Assembly (NCBI GenBank): GCA_051294375.1
Contig: CM119264.1
Span: forward strand, 5,077,045 to 5,141,044
Length of the DNA stretch: 64,000 bases
Direction: 5' to 3'
Origin: Paraspadella gotoi
Lineage: Eukaryota > Animalia > Chaetognatha
In this document: piece after piece, positions 24,376-36,100 of the stretch
Layout of the letters: the number at the start of each line of letters is the position of its first letter
How positions within the stretch are numbered: position 1 is the first letter of the stretch
The notes under the pieces: model-generated
What the model was told of the DNA's origin: nothing
The model's input: only the letters and a program-made list of their open reading frames with translations
The model's database searches: none
Position numbers and translations under genes: made by a program

Positions 24376-26081
24376 CAAAAATGTTTTCTTCTTTTTTTTC
24401 GTGAATAGAAAATTAATTCCTCATTTTTTGCTTTTGTGTTTGTTTTTTATCCTTTTTTTTTGTTTTTGGTTTGTTTTATTAAAAACTTTGCAAAAAATTA
24501 GTTTCGGTTCCAATTATTCAAACTCTCTGACAAGTGTTAAATGATAGAAAACGGCCCCGAACCAGCCCCACCGCCAAAACTCGATCCTACCCTCTCGCAC
24601 CTATGACAGGTCCATGACCCGACCTTAATCGTGCATCGTCCCTCATCATTTGCCCCGCCGGTGGGAGCGGCGGGGGGGGGGCGCGCCAGCAATACAGCTC
24701 GCTAAAATTAGCGTGATTTTTTGTTTTTTTTGAGTCTCTTTCCCCTTTTACTTACTTTTCCATTATTTCTTCTTTCCTTATTCTATCCCTCACACTTATT
24801 TTTTTTCCCTGTACTTCAATTTCACTTTTTATTAAATTCTAACTAACTTATTAATTTCTTTAGTTAACGGGATTATTTTCAGTTTATGTTTTAAGTTTCT
24901 TCCCTCACCCCAATGGCACAAAAATACTCATTTTTCCCAGGGCGGAGAGTCAGACGTATGTGGAAGGTGGGGCCGGTTATCTGTTTTTGTTGTTCTAATC
25001 TTTTTTTTACAAATTATATCTCTCGTGTGTTGGGGTTGGGTAACAAGTATGCTGATGTATTGTTTAAGAGCAAAAAAAAAATTTTGTGCTGTTGGCTCTC
25101 TTCTCTCTCCTCACTCTCCCGCACTTCATTTTTTTTTTTTCTCAATAGGACCTTGTTACTCATTTCTACTCTTTCTTTTCCTATTCTCTTCTTGTGGCCG
25201 ATTGTTCCCTCATTGTTTCCTGGTTTCATTAATACATAATTTTCTATTTTTATACAAACAATAACGTTTTTTTTTAATCACATTCTTGTAACATGAATGA
25301 AGCCTAACATATCTAGGCGACCTGCATTTAATAGAAACCTACGTTGTTCGTTAAACCACTAATACACTTCTTTTAGGGTTTTAATTTCAAAACGAAACGG
25401 GAAAAAGAATTTAATCAGATAACAGATTACTACATACATATACTAACTTGTGGGATCTTTATAGTTTTTTCCTTTTCTGTTTCGGTTTGTGGGATTTGGG
25501 ATTTAGGGAAACAAAGTTTGGAAGAGAGTTTACATGAAATAAGAAAATCGTCTGCTTAAATCTTCTCAACTTGTTCTCATATACTACATATTCTAAATAT
25601 AAGAAAGATAATATTTCCCGACAAAACATTATAATAATAATAGAATACTCTGTGTAATCGTCGTAATCTGGTAATCTCTCAAACAACGATTGCTATCTCT
25701 TGACACCTTAGTCTGAAAGAGAGATAAACCGTAGTAAGAGAGAGAGCAGAGAGAGAAGAGATAGAGCGTTTTTGTTGGAGAAGAGAAGAGAAGGAGAGAG
25801 AGACGAAGAGAGAGGAGGAGAGAGAGGAGCGAGCTCCACAACTTTCAGTATCCGAGCACGCCTCGGTAATGTCCAGAAAAGAAAGCTTAACACAAAAGTG
25901 GGATTTGCGAAGTCGCAAATGAACATCTCTGTCCCCGGCCATCCTCAATTAATGTTGACTATCTTTCTACTCTCCGCTTGTCTCAGGTCGTCACTCTCCT
26001 CAATTGTTCACTCTCTCTCTTCCTCTTTCTCTCTCTCAAAAACTTACTTCAACAGAGACAAATATTGAGTTGTCTACAACA

Positions 26082-26152
26082 CTCGATGAAGGCTCTAATA
26101 ATGAAAGAGCCCGAAACATGTCTGACTAAAAATTGTGTAAATAATCGTTGTC
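26082..26152 (+). ncRNA. Minimal type I hammerhead ribozyme motif (Penelope-type)
   Basis: CT(C)GATGA-A-GGCTC-loop-GAGCC-(C)-GAAA-CATG-TC with palindromic stem III ACATGT, then AATCGTTGTC. The two extra C bases may be read errors. Confidence 0.6.
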
Positions 26153-28849
26153 AAACAAAACTGTTTTTCCTAAAATATGTTATTAAAAATTGGCAATGTC
26201 TTCAGCGTCAAAAATGAAAAAAAGGTCAAAATTTTCTTCTTCTTATTTATTATTAATTATTACTGGTACAACCAATATACCAATACAACCAATATATAAA
26301 ACTTTTTAATCATTTTTCATAGCTTTAACTAAAAATATTATAACATATTTTACAAAGGTTTTTTCAGTTTTTTTTCCGGCAAATTCAAAACTTTTCTTAA
26401 AATTTAAAAAATATGATTTGAAATTTTATATTTTTAGAAAGATATAACTATAGAAAAATTCAATTTATGATATTGTTATACAAAGGCAGCCAAAAAATAT
26501 TGTTCAATCGCTCAATCTTTTATGAAAGTTGCAAAATTTTATTTTTTTTTAGATTTAAAATAACTAATATATGATTTATTTATTTGTTAAATATTTTTGT
26601 ATTAAACAAACATTTAAATATATTATTTTTTATCTGTTTGGGATTGGGACGTTAGTGTTGTCTTCTGGAAATAGAGGGTGCATCTACACAACAACAGGTT
26701 AGATTACTTTCTGTTCCAGTTTTCTAATAGATAGTACATCCTTCCTGTTGGAAAATCATTAATGAGAAAACTCATATATCTACAAGGCCGAACAAAAAAG
26801 GGGGATGAAAAATTTTGGGGGGATTAAGATTATTTTTACCATAATACCATCATAACATTATTTTTATAGTTTTTGCTAATTTTAACCAATAAAACATAAA
26901 ATTTAAAAATTTTGTAATAATATTTTTTTTTCAATACTCCATTAATAATATAATTTTTTAGATTTAGATTATCAAAAACAAAAATTAATAAAAATTATTA
27001 ATAAATATGGAAAATATAGAATTTTTAATGTATAATTTTAATGAATTTTATAAAATCTAAGACTTAAAATAGTGAAACAAGTAATTTTGCAATTTCCGTT
27101 GGTCCGTATATAACTAAAATTTTAAAATTGGTTGTACCAAGTTCATTCTGTTTGAGTACTTAATAGTTGTAATGGAGCAAATACTGCTTCGTGATAGCCA
27201 TAGATTAACCAAATTTATACCAATAGTTTTTTTTTCTATAAATTTTATTCACTTATAATATCTTTCATTTTAAAGGAATCTAACTTGATTTATTTTTATA
27301 ATGCTTTTGGGTATTTTTTTCACAGGACAGTATATTTTTAAGCTGGAAATTTAAAATCTGCGTCTTAAATATAGTTTTTTATATTTTTGACCAACTTAAT
27401 AAAATAATTTTTAAAAAAGAATTAAATTTTTGCAAAGAATCCAAATCCGATCTTAAAATTTAGATATTTGCATTTTAAAATTGTAGCCTATTATATACTT
27501 ATTACTATATATAAATATAGCTCACTGGTGCCCACTAATGTATAAAATTAAAAAAATGATTTTTACTTTTATGTTTTATATGCTACTATACACTAAATAC
27601 ACACCCTTGCCTCAGGCGAGGATCACGGACACAGGGAGGCCCCAGTGAAGAGAGAAAAAAAGAAGGAAAGAAAAGAAGAAAAACCATATAACAGTATCTC
27701 TATTGCCGTTCATGGTTAAAAATAAACGCTAAATCTCATCTAGTCAGAGGGTTTAACAAATTTAGACTAGAGGAGAGGCAGAATGATTCTGGTTTTTAAA
27801 AAAATCAGTAAAACGCCAATGTCAGGTTGCAAGTCCTGGAGGCAGAAGTTTGATCACTGGAGGAATTTTCAAGGCAGAAAGTTGGTAATCGAAAACTAAA
27901 AACTAAAATTATGGAGAGCGGGGGGGGGGCGGCCAGGAGGCTATTTCTCTCGCCGCCCCTGGCGGTGACTCATACAATAGAGCAAATTCCAGCATTCACA
28001 GTAATGAGTTTAGATTTCCTCTGCACTCAAACAGGGAGATAAAAAAATTACCACGACGGGTCACAAAATACAAAGACTTCGTCGTTGTATTCGTCGTCGT
28101 CGTCTCTGTTCAAATCGTTTGAGCTCCGAAAATATATACTATATGATAGAGGGGTGTAGAGCGAAAATTAAATAAAAGGAATATGCATGATCTCACTTCG
28201 GCCCGTTCAACCTTTTTAGAGTTCTCACTTTTGATAAACAACCTTTATTTTCTTACCAATTCGCGCCCTCTTTTGTCAGTCTCGAGCTTCTTTCTTCGAA
28301 ACAGACCAAAGATCATCTGTAGGCGTCGCGTCGCCTCTCTCTCTCGAAAGAGCAAAAATGTTCCGACTTTTTTTATCGTTTTTTTTTTCCTTAAAAATAT
28401 TTCGGATTTATTTTCACGATCATTTAACAAAAAGTTTTTTTTTCTCTTTGGCGACCATCTTAAACTTTTACATTGCGTTTTGCAAAGCAAGTGACACCAA
28501 AGCAATAATTAATCTCAAAATTCTATTTTCAGTTTGATTTTTATTTCTTTTGTACTGTTTATTAAATTTTATCCTAATGTTAGTATGTAATGATGACAAA
28601 AAAATATATAGCATTATATAGGAATCAAGAATTTTAATCACCCTAAATATTACTTTGCTGTCACTTGTTTTGAAGTACATCGAGAGTCTATAGAATATTA
28701 ATTCATTGCGCTAAAGTGAGTAATCTGACTAATTTACAGTCAAAAGAATTTATCTTAAGCTGACCCTAAGCATGACGACGCTGTTTTTTAAACATGCGGG
28801 CGACGCCCAACAACCTTGGAGCTTGTTTTTCCGCAGAAATAAATTCTAG

Positions 28850-29240
28850 ATGGATTTCAAACTCATCAACGCAATCGTCGTGGTCGTCATGACGACGGAT
28901 ATTTGTTTTGGTCTGACGTCGAAGGAATTAAAGAGAGACGCGGGTTGGTTCGAAGAGGAGGCCGAGGATTTGCTGGGTGAGTGTCGGTTGGAGGGGGAAT
29001 TTGGGTTGGTTCGTGGGAGAGGTGAGTTTCATTGAAAATGGGTCATTTAAGGGGGCGCTGTATGAGTTTACAGTATCTAGTTTTTCGAGAGGCAAATTTT
29101 CAACTCCCGGAAGTCCCGGTTTTACATCTAAACCTAATGATCTATTTTGCAGATGGATTAGAAAGACTAAGAAATCGGATCCATCTTTTGCTTATGGAAG
29201 AAAAAATTCAGTACCAACCTCATGTGAGTGCGTGAATTAG
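28850..29240 (+). CDS. Small secreted Cys-containing protein (~129 aa if one frameshift near 29016 is corrected)
   Basis: Signal-peptide-like start MDFKLINAIVVVVMTTDICFG. ORF 28850 overlaps ORF 28977, and removing one G gives ...GLVRGEVSFIENGSFKGALYEFTV...LFCRWIRK...TSCECVN*. Confidence 0.55.
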
Positions 29241-29262
29241 AGAGAGAAACAAAAAGTATTAT

Positions 29263-29504
29263 AATTTATATAGTTTAAGGAAATATTTTTAATTGCCGAG
29301 ACAACGATTTTTATTGTTATTAAAACAGTACATGTTTCGGCTCTTTAATTCGAGCCTTCATCAGCATTTTGATGAAGGCTCGAATTAAATAGCCGAAACG
29401 TACTGTTTTAATAACATTAAAAATCGTCGTCTCGGCAATTAAAAATATTTCCTTAAATTCAAACTCACAACGAAAAGAGAGNNNNNNNNNNCAATTTATA
29501 TAGT
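29263..29504. mobile_element. Penelope-like element remnant: inverted terminal repeats each holding a hammerhead core, flanked by a 12-bp direct repeat
   Basis: Arms 29274-29363 and 29370-29457. Minus strand reads CTGATGA-A-GGCTC-GAATTAAA-GAGCC-GAAA-CATG-TA. AATTTATATAGT occurs at 29263-29274 and 29493-29504. Confidence 0.75.
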
Positions 29505-30681
29505 ATATGTAATTATGTATTTAAATATTCTATGTATCTTAGTATCATACAAATTGTCATAGTCAAAAAGTGAGAAATTAGTTTTTCTTTAATTTTTCGT
29601 TATATCAGCTGATGATTTTTTAAAACATGTATTATCTTTCGTATTTTGTAAAGAATTTTAAATGAATGTTTTCAATCAACCTCCTGGCAGAACAAAAACG
29701 ATAAAGAAAGAGAATTCTCGGCAAATTTTTATGCTCGACGGTCAGAAACGAGGTGAGAAAAAGAGGAATGGTAAGGTGAGGTAAGGTACAGGTAATGTTA
29801 AAGAGGGAAAGGAATGGGTTTGAATTATGCTAAAAACAACTTTGTAAAAACAGGACATTATTAAAAGTAACAAAGATGGGTGTGCGACGATGAGTATTGA
29901 TCAATTTATCTGATCATATGATCATGATAGCTACGTCAATACTCCAGATGATCTATGGTGATTATTGATGAAAATGCTTATGAGTAAATCTACAGCGCGA
30001 CAGAGATATATGTTTTAAGTATATCTCTCGCGACAATGGTCCTAGTCGTAGTAAAGCGGTGAACACAATACAATGAAGAGACTTGATTCGGTGAAACCAA
30101 ACGAAGTGTAAAAAGAAGAAGAGAAAGATGGAAATAAAAAGATCACTGAAAAATAAAACATTGCTGAGTCGAGACTCGAGACACGTCCTATTTCTAAATC
30201 TATAAAATTCGATAGCAAAATTGACGCTAATATAGCTGTAGTTATCGACTATGGGTATTTTTGCCCCTAATGACGGTTGCCAGGTCGACGCCCGACGCTT
30301 GCTAAGGAAAATCCGTTGCTAAACCGGTCGCCGTAGCTCCAAACTCAAACCACCATTGATCTTCATTCTTCTTAACCGTAGCACGGGGAAAATGTTTTGA
30401 AAAAGATGTTGCCCTCGCTTTCTATCTCTCGCTGCTTTGCCTAATATCAAATATTTTCCTCAAGGTTTTTCATTTCATTTTTTTAAATGCGTTTTGGAGT
30501 TACAATTGCACATTGTAAAACCGAACAATGGTTTCTCGACCCTGCTTTCCGACCTCGATCGTACCTTTAAACTTCTGTTATAAATTGAGGATAAAATTTC
30601 ATTTACAAATGTGTATTCGTCTAATTCAGTGAACAAAAATCTACGAGTAGTGCAGCGATACTCTCGTGTTACATCTGTTCT

Positions 30682-30686
<5 letters not shown>

Positions 30687-30780
<94 letters not shown>

Positions 30781-32411
30781 CTCTTCCGCAGGATCGGGGC
30801 GAAGATTGCAAATATTTTGCCATCTTTTTGTTTTTTCTTAAGAACCCCATTATGAAGATTTTCTCCTCACTCTCAAATCTCTGCTCTTCTTCTCTCTTTC
30901 TCTTTCCTCTACGTCTCTCTCTTGTCTCTCTCTCTCTCTCTCTCTTCTTGATTTTCCTCTCTGATTTAGTGAAAAAATTGGAAAAAACAGAAAATGGGAT
31001 AAAATTGGGTCCCGCCTTTGGAATATTTTCTTTTTTTTTCCTGTGGAAAGAGGAACGAAAATGCCGGTTTCCTGTAAATACACATAAGCAATTTTCTCCT
31101 CTGTGCAGGTACTTTCAATTTCTTCCGATCTACTTTCCTCCATCCATAACTCAATTTTACTTCGGCCGTTAGAGGCATGGAGCGGGAAAGAGCGATGGCC
31201 GAGCTAATATCATTTACTCCGCCGGGAGAGTTAATTTTAATCCGCTCTCGCCCAGGAGGGGGAGGTGAAAAAAAGAGAAAATGAAAGCCTCTCGCAAAAG
31301 GCGAAAAGGAACAAAGGGGGAAAAAGTTTGTTTTAAAGATGAAAAGCGATTAGGAAAAGAAAAGATAGTTAATTTCCCGACTAAATACAACTGATAGGGA
31401 GAAAGAGAAAGAAAAGACAAAACGGAGATCTGAAAAATATGATTACGCACCATACGTACGTGGAGCATTACACTTTCTCTATCGCTTTTCCTCCCAAAAT
31501 CGGTTTCTTACCAAAAACAATTGTTGACACTTGTGATTAGAAAGATTGCCATGTACAAACTTATGCAAACTTGAAGGGCGCAGGAAAAGCTACTTTTGCC
31601 AACAATTAGCTACAATTACCTCTTTTTGTCTAAGTAGTTTACGATCGTGATTGCATATTTTCTTTAAAAAGTAGGATCTCTCTCTCTCTCTTCCTCTCTC
31701 TCTCTTCTACCTGTCTCTCTCATCGTCCTTCTCTCTCTCTCTTCTCTCTCCCTTTTCCTCTCTTTTTTCTCTACAGATTTCACTTTTGTCCCCTCTTTTC
31801 TTCGCCCTCATAGGAAGAGAGAGAGAGAGAGAAAAGGCGCGAATTAATTCTTTCGGCGGAAACGGCGTCGTAACGAGAACGCCAACGATCGAATTTTCCT
31901 GTTTTAAGGAGGGAATTTCTTTTTTCTTTTTTTCTTTTTTTTTCTTTTTAGCGACCAAATCAAAAACTTTTTTATGAGTTAAGAAGGGAAAAGCGGGGGG
32001 GCGGGGCACGGGGAGGCGCGGGGGAAATAAAAGTGCAAAAGACGATTCTAAGGAGGAACGGAAAGTAAAAAGCTGAAAGTCTTTCTCTTTTCATTTTTTT
32101 CTTTCCTTTATCCTTTATTTAAAGCAGCTTGTTTATAGACTTCCTCCTTTCTTCTCTCAATCAACCCCCCCCAATGCCGGTTCCATCCCGGAGGGTCCGC
32201 CACCTTTTTAACTTTAATTTGAAGCGGCGAGCTTCTTTTCCTCCTCCGCCGCTCCGGACGAATCTTCGCAATAAAATTTCCTCTTAATTATAATAAATTT
32301 CTCTTTGGTCCCTTTTTATTCTCTACGAATCCTCGTCGCCCCTGAGAAAATGCGAGTAAAGCGTGTAGAGTCATCTCTCTGCTCTCCTCTCTCTCTCTCT
32401 CTCCCTCTCTC

Positions 32412-32462
<51 letters not shown>

Positions 32463-33050
32463 GGTCCCCCGTTTGCTCAGTCGCTAACGCCTCCTCATCC
32501 TCTAATGTATTTACTTATGTCATTAATGAATGACAGGTTTCCGTCGTCGTCGTCGCGTCTTCCTGTTCCGTAATTTGGTTCTCTCTGGAGTTGAACCGAG
32601 ACGGGAATTTAAATTAATCTTTTTTTTTTCTTTAAAAAAAAAAGACGCATTTAAATTTAATCTGCAAAAAAAAGACGGTTGCTACTATACACATATACAA
32701 AGCTTTGGGAAAGTGGAATATTTCCACGTATTCAATTATCTTTCCCATAATAGGAATCGAATATCAAGGAAAGAAAGAGAAGCCTTCGGCTTCGGGTTTC
32801 GTGACGAGGAATTGAGAAAAAATCCGATCCGAAAAAATAATTTGACAAGAAAGAGAAAAAATTAAGGAGGAGAAAGTTTAATTTATGTAATTCGGTTGCG
32901 TGTTTTTTGTTTTGTTTTATATGTATTTACGAATTAAGGAACGTTATAAAAGGGATTGGAAAAAATATATCTAATAGCAGGAAATGGAAAATGAGTATGA
33001 GGGGGTTATGAAAGAGAGAGAGAGAGAGAGAGGATGAGATGAGAGATGAT

Positions 33051-33084
<34 letters not shown>

Positions 33085-33180
33085 AGAATTTGAATGAATT
33101 GTTATTAAGAAACGGCTGGCCACATGCCCCAAAAGCTACATCAATTACAAATGAGAGAGGGAGGGAGAGGGAGAGAGAGA
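30687..33180. repeat. Cluster of (CT)n/(AG)n microsatellites
   Basis: Tracts at about 30687-30780, 30890-30945, 31677-31750, 32372-32461 and 33013-33087. Confidence 0.95.
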
Positions 33181-36100
33181 GAGGATCGAATGCGTACCGT
33201 CGGCGGTCGGACGTAGACGCGGGTGGCGTCAGTTGATAGGCGTGATGTACCCTGAATGTGAAGGAAGCCGTCGAGGAAGAGAGAGGAAGACGAGAAGAGG
33301 GCGCCGGCATGCCAAGCGGCGAGGCAGAGCTAGGGATGACCATGAGGAGGGACAACGATCTGGCTGAGAGAGTGGAGAGAGATAAAATGCTCGTTATAGG
33401 GTATGTGTTTATTCCTTACTCATCCCAGCCTGAGCTTTAAAAAAGGAAAATGAAAAAAAGAAGAAGAAAAAATACTCCGAAGACTAGAACGTTCTCATCA
33501 CGAAGGTGGCCCCCTATTTTTTAAAGAATGTCAGAGCGCGCATATTCAAATCAAACAAATTTATTTTAACCTCCGATGAAGGACTCCTTCGGGGCTGTTT
33601 CTCTAAAACGAATAAAGAATAAGATAAGAACCCTCTCTCTCTCTCTCTCTCTCCTCGTCTCGTGCATCCTCGCTCTCTGCGTTCGTCTGGCGGACCGTGC
33701 ATCAGTATGCTCCTACCAGCGTGCTCAGCTCTCCTGGCGTCTCTTCTCTACTCTCCTCCTACGTGCGCGTTTACATACTATTCCTTATCGCGTTAGCATC
33801 TCACGAGAGTGTGGCGGAAGATATATTAAAAGTCTCCCGAGAATTCCTATAAAGCTCGATTGGAGAGAGTTTGACGCGGTGTGGAGACTCCTGACGGCGA
33901 GAGAATCCGTATAATAGCCGCCGATTTAAGATAAGAAAAGAAAATCGGGAAAAAGGAATTCTTTAGTTCTTCATCCGTGAAACTCGAGAGAAACACAGCT
34001 GAAGTATAAATAAATAATCGGTCTGAGGAGATCGGCAATCAGATGCATTTTGTCGTTGTTGGTCTCTCTCTGAATTTACGGAAAAGGAGAATCGGACGTG
34101 GCTGGGCCATTGTTGTGAACTAGGCATGGAACGGGGCGCTTGTTTCATAAAAGAGCCTTACTTCTCACTCTTCTCTATGAAGTGCGCTCCGTGCGCGAAA
34201 TGACAGAGCGTAGTTTTATCACTCTCATCAAAAGCTTATTGGATATTTCTTTCGGGATGAAAATTGCTGGGTAGCTGGTCACAGGAATCCATTGGTCGAA
34301 AGGCTGGGTTGTGTCCAAAATATGTGTACGTCATTCTCGAGTAATCTTAAAACCTCTCTCGGTCCTCGGCGCGATGGATAGCCTGTGGCGCCACGTATAC
34401 ACATTAATAGAAATTGATGTACTCTCTCGAGGCACGCAACGCTGTATACACAACCTACTCCACTCTCCCCTGGTATATCAAAAGCGTTCAGCGGATTACC
34501 GGGCATACCGACGGAGCAACTGCTCAAACACAGTGTATAAGGAAAGGAAAGAAACCCCAACTGTTTTCCTTTGGTTATATACGCGGAAAATGCAAGACCA
34601 AATCAGTCGCGCACGACACGGCAGTCGAGGAAGGTCGAGCAAAAACGAGACGAAACTTACTCACAGAGCAGGGGGCGGACTCGGGGCAGCGGGCGGCGGC
34701 GGCGTGGGTGTCACGTGAGATGGGCGGAGGGAGGCGCGCGGTCTGAATCCTGTGACCTCATCGGAGCGTATCTCATATATGTATTATATAAAATAAGATG
34801 GAGTGTGACCAGAAGACGCTTGGCATGCGCTCTGTCTCTATCTATCATATACGAAAGTAAATGGCGAAGCGGTGGGCGCAGGTTTGGGCGACGGGTGATG
34901 TGGCAGAGCTACGATGAGCGAGAAAGAGTGGGCGCTGAAGATGGTTTGAGGCAGCTGGAAAAAAGTATGCTATAAAATATATCTTATCAAGACGTCGGAG
35001 CCATAGAACCGGCATAATATAATATGCTGCATCTCGCACGAAATAGATGAATAGGCTCGTGACAACGCTCTACTTAATATATATGATAATATATGCAGAT
35101 CACAAGGCTGAAAATTTGGGAGATGTCCGAGTTCCCAAATATCACTACGTTAGCTCGAATATACAATATATATTTTTGACGTGCGAATTTGATGCAACGG
35201 TGAGGCGGATATTTGTAACACGTGTCACTCACAAATATAATATATTATATGACAAAACTTAAGTCATGACCGTATATATATAATATCACTCTATATAATC
35301 TGAAAAAAATGGAAATTGTTCTAAATAATCTATACTCTAATCTCTCTCCTGGTTGGGTGCTCGTGTATCTCTACTCTATCATCTACAACTTAAATATCAG
35401 AATATTATGAGCGTGCGTGGTTGGGGTTATTATATCTCTATGGAAGACCTCATTGATGCGTTTTTGAGACTGCCGCTTACTATATATTGTTTTCGTTGTC
35501 GTTGAGAAGACTGACGTCTGTCGTCGGTGGCTTGGAATTTAGTTCCGTGCTCCCATTTCTGTGTGGTCTGCTCTCCTCTTCTCTCATAATATCCGTTAAT
35601 CTCTAAAATCTATATGAAAGTGGGAAATAAATATCCTCTGAATGTTTCTGTTGTCTGAGAGGAATATAAAGCCAAATATGCTATTCCTCATCTGTAATAT
35701 CTATATATATATATCTAATAATTAGAGTTATTCTATAATCTTAATTAATGGGCTCTAAAAAAATCAAGGTTGGTCGATGAGTATATAATATCTTATACTC
35801 TACTGGAGGACCAAGCTAAGCGTAAAGAGTAGGGGTAAATATATATATATATAAGAGAGATAAGGAGAGAGAGAGAAGGGCCGTCCAGACGAGGGCAACG
35901 ACTAATGTGTCCGGAAGATATTGACGGAGGATTGGTCGGCCCGAGAGGGTACTATCGAGCAATGGCCCGGCCACTGTCGGTGATATATGGAGATGAGGTA
36001 GAGGTTCGGCCTTTGCTTCCGAGAGGTTGCCCGGCACAAGGCCGAGGATTATGGCTCTCTAAAATATGCCGAGATGGAAGCGGTAAATATGGCGGAAATG

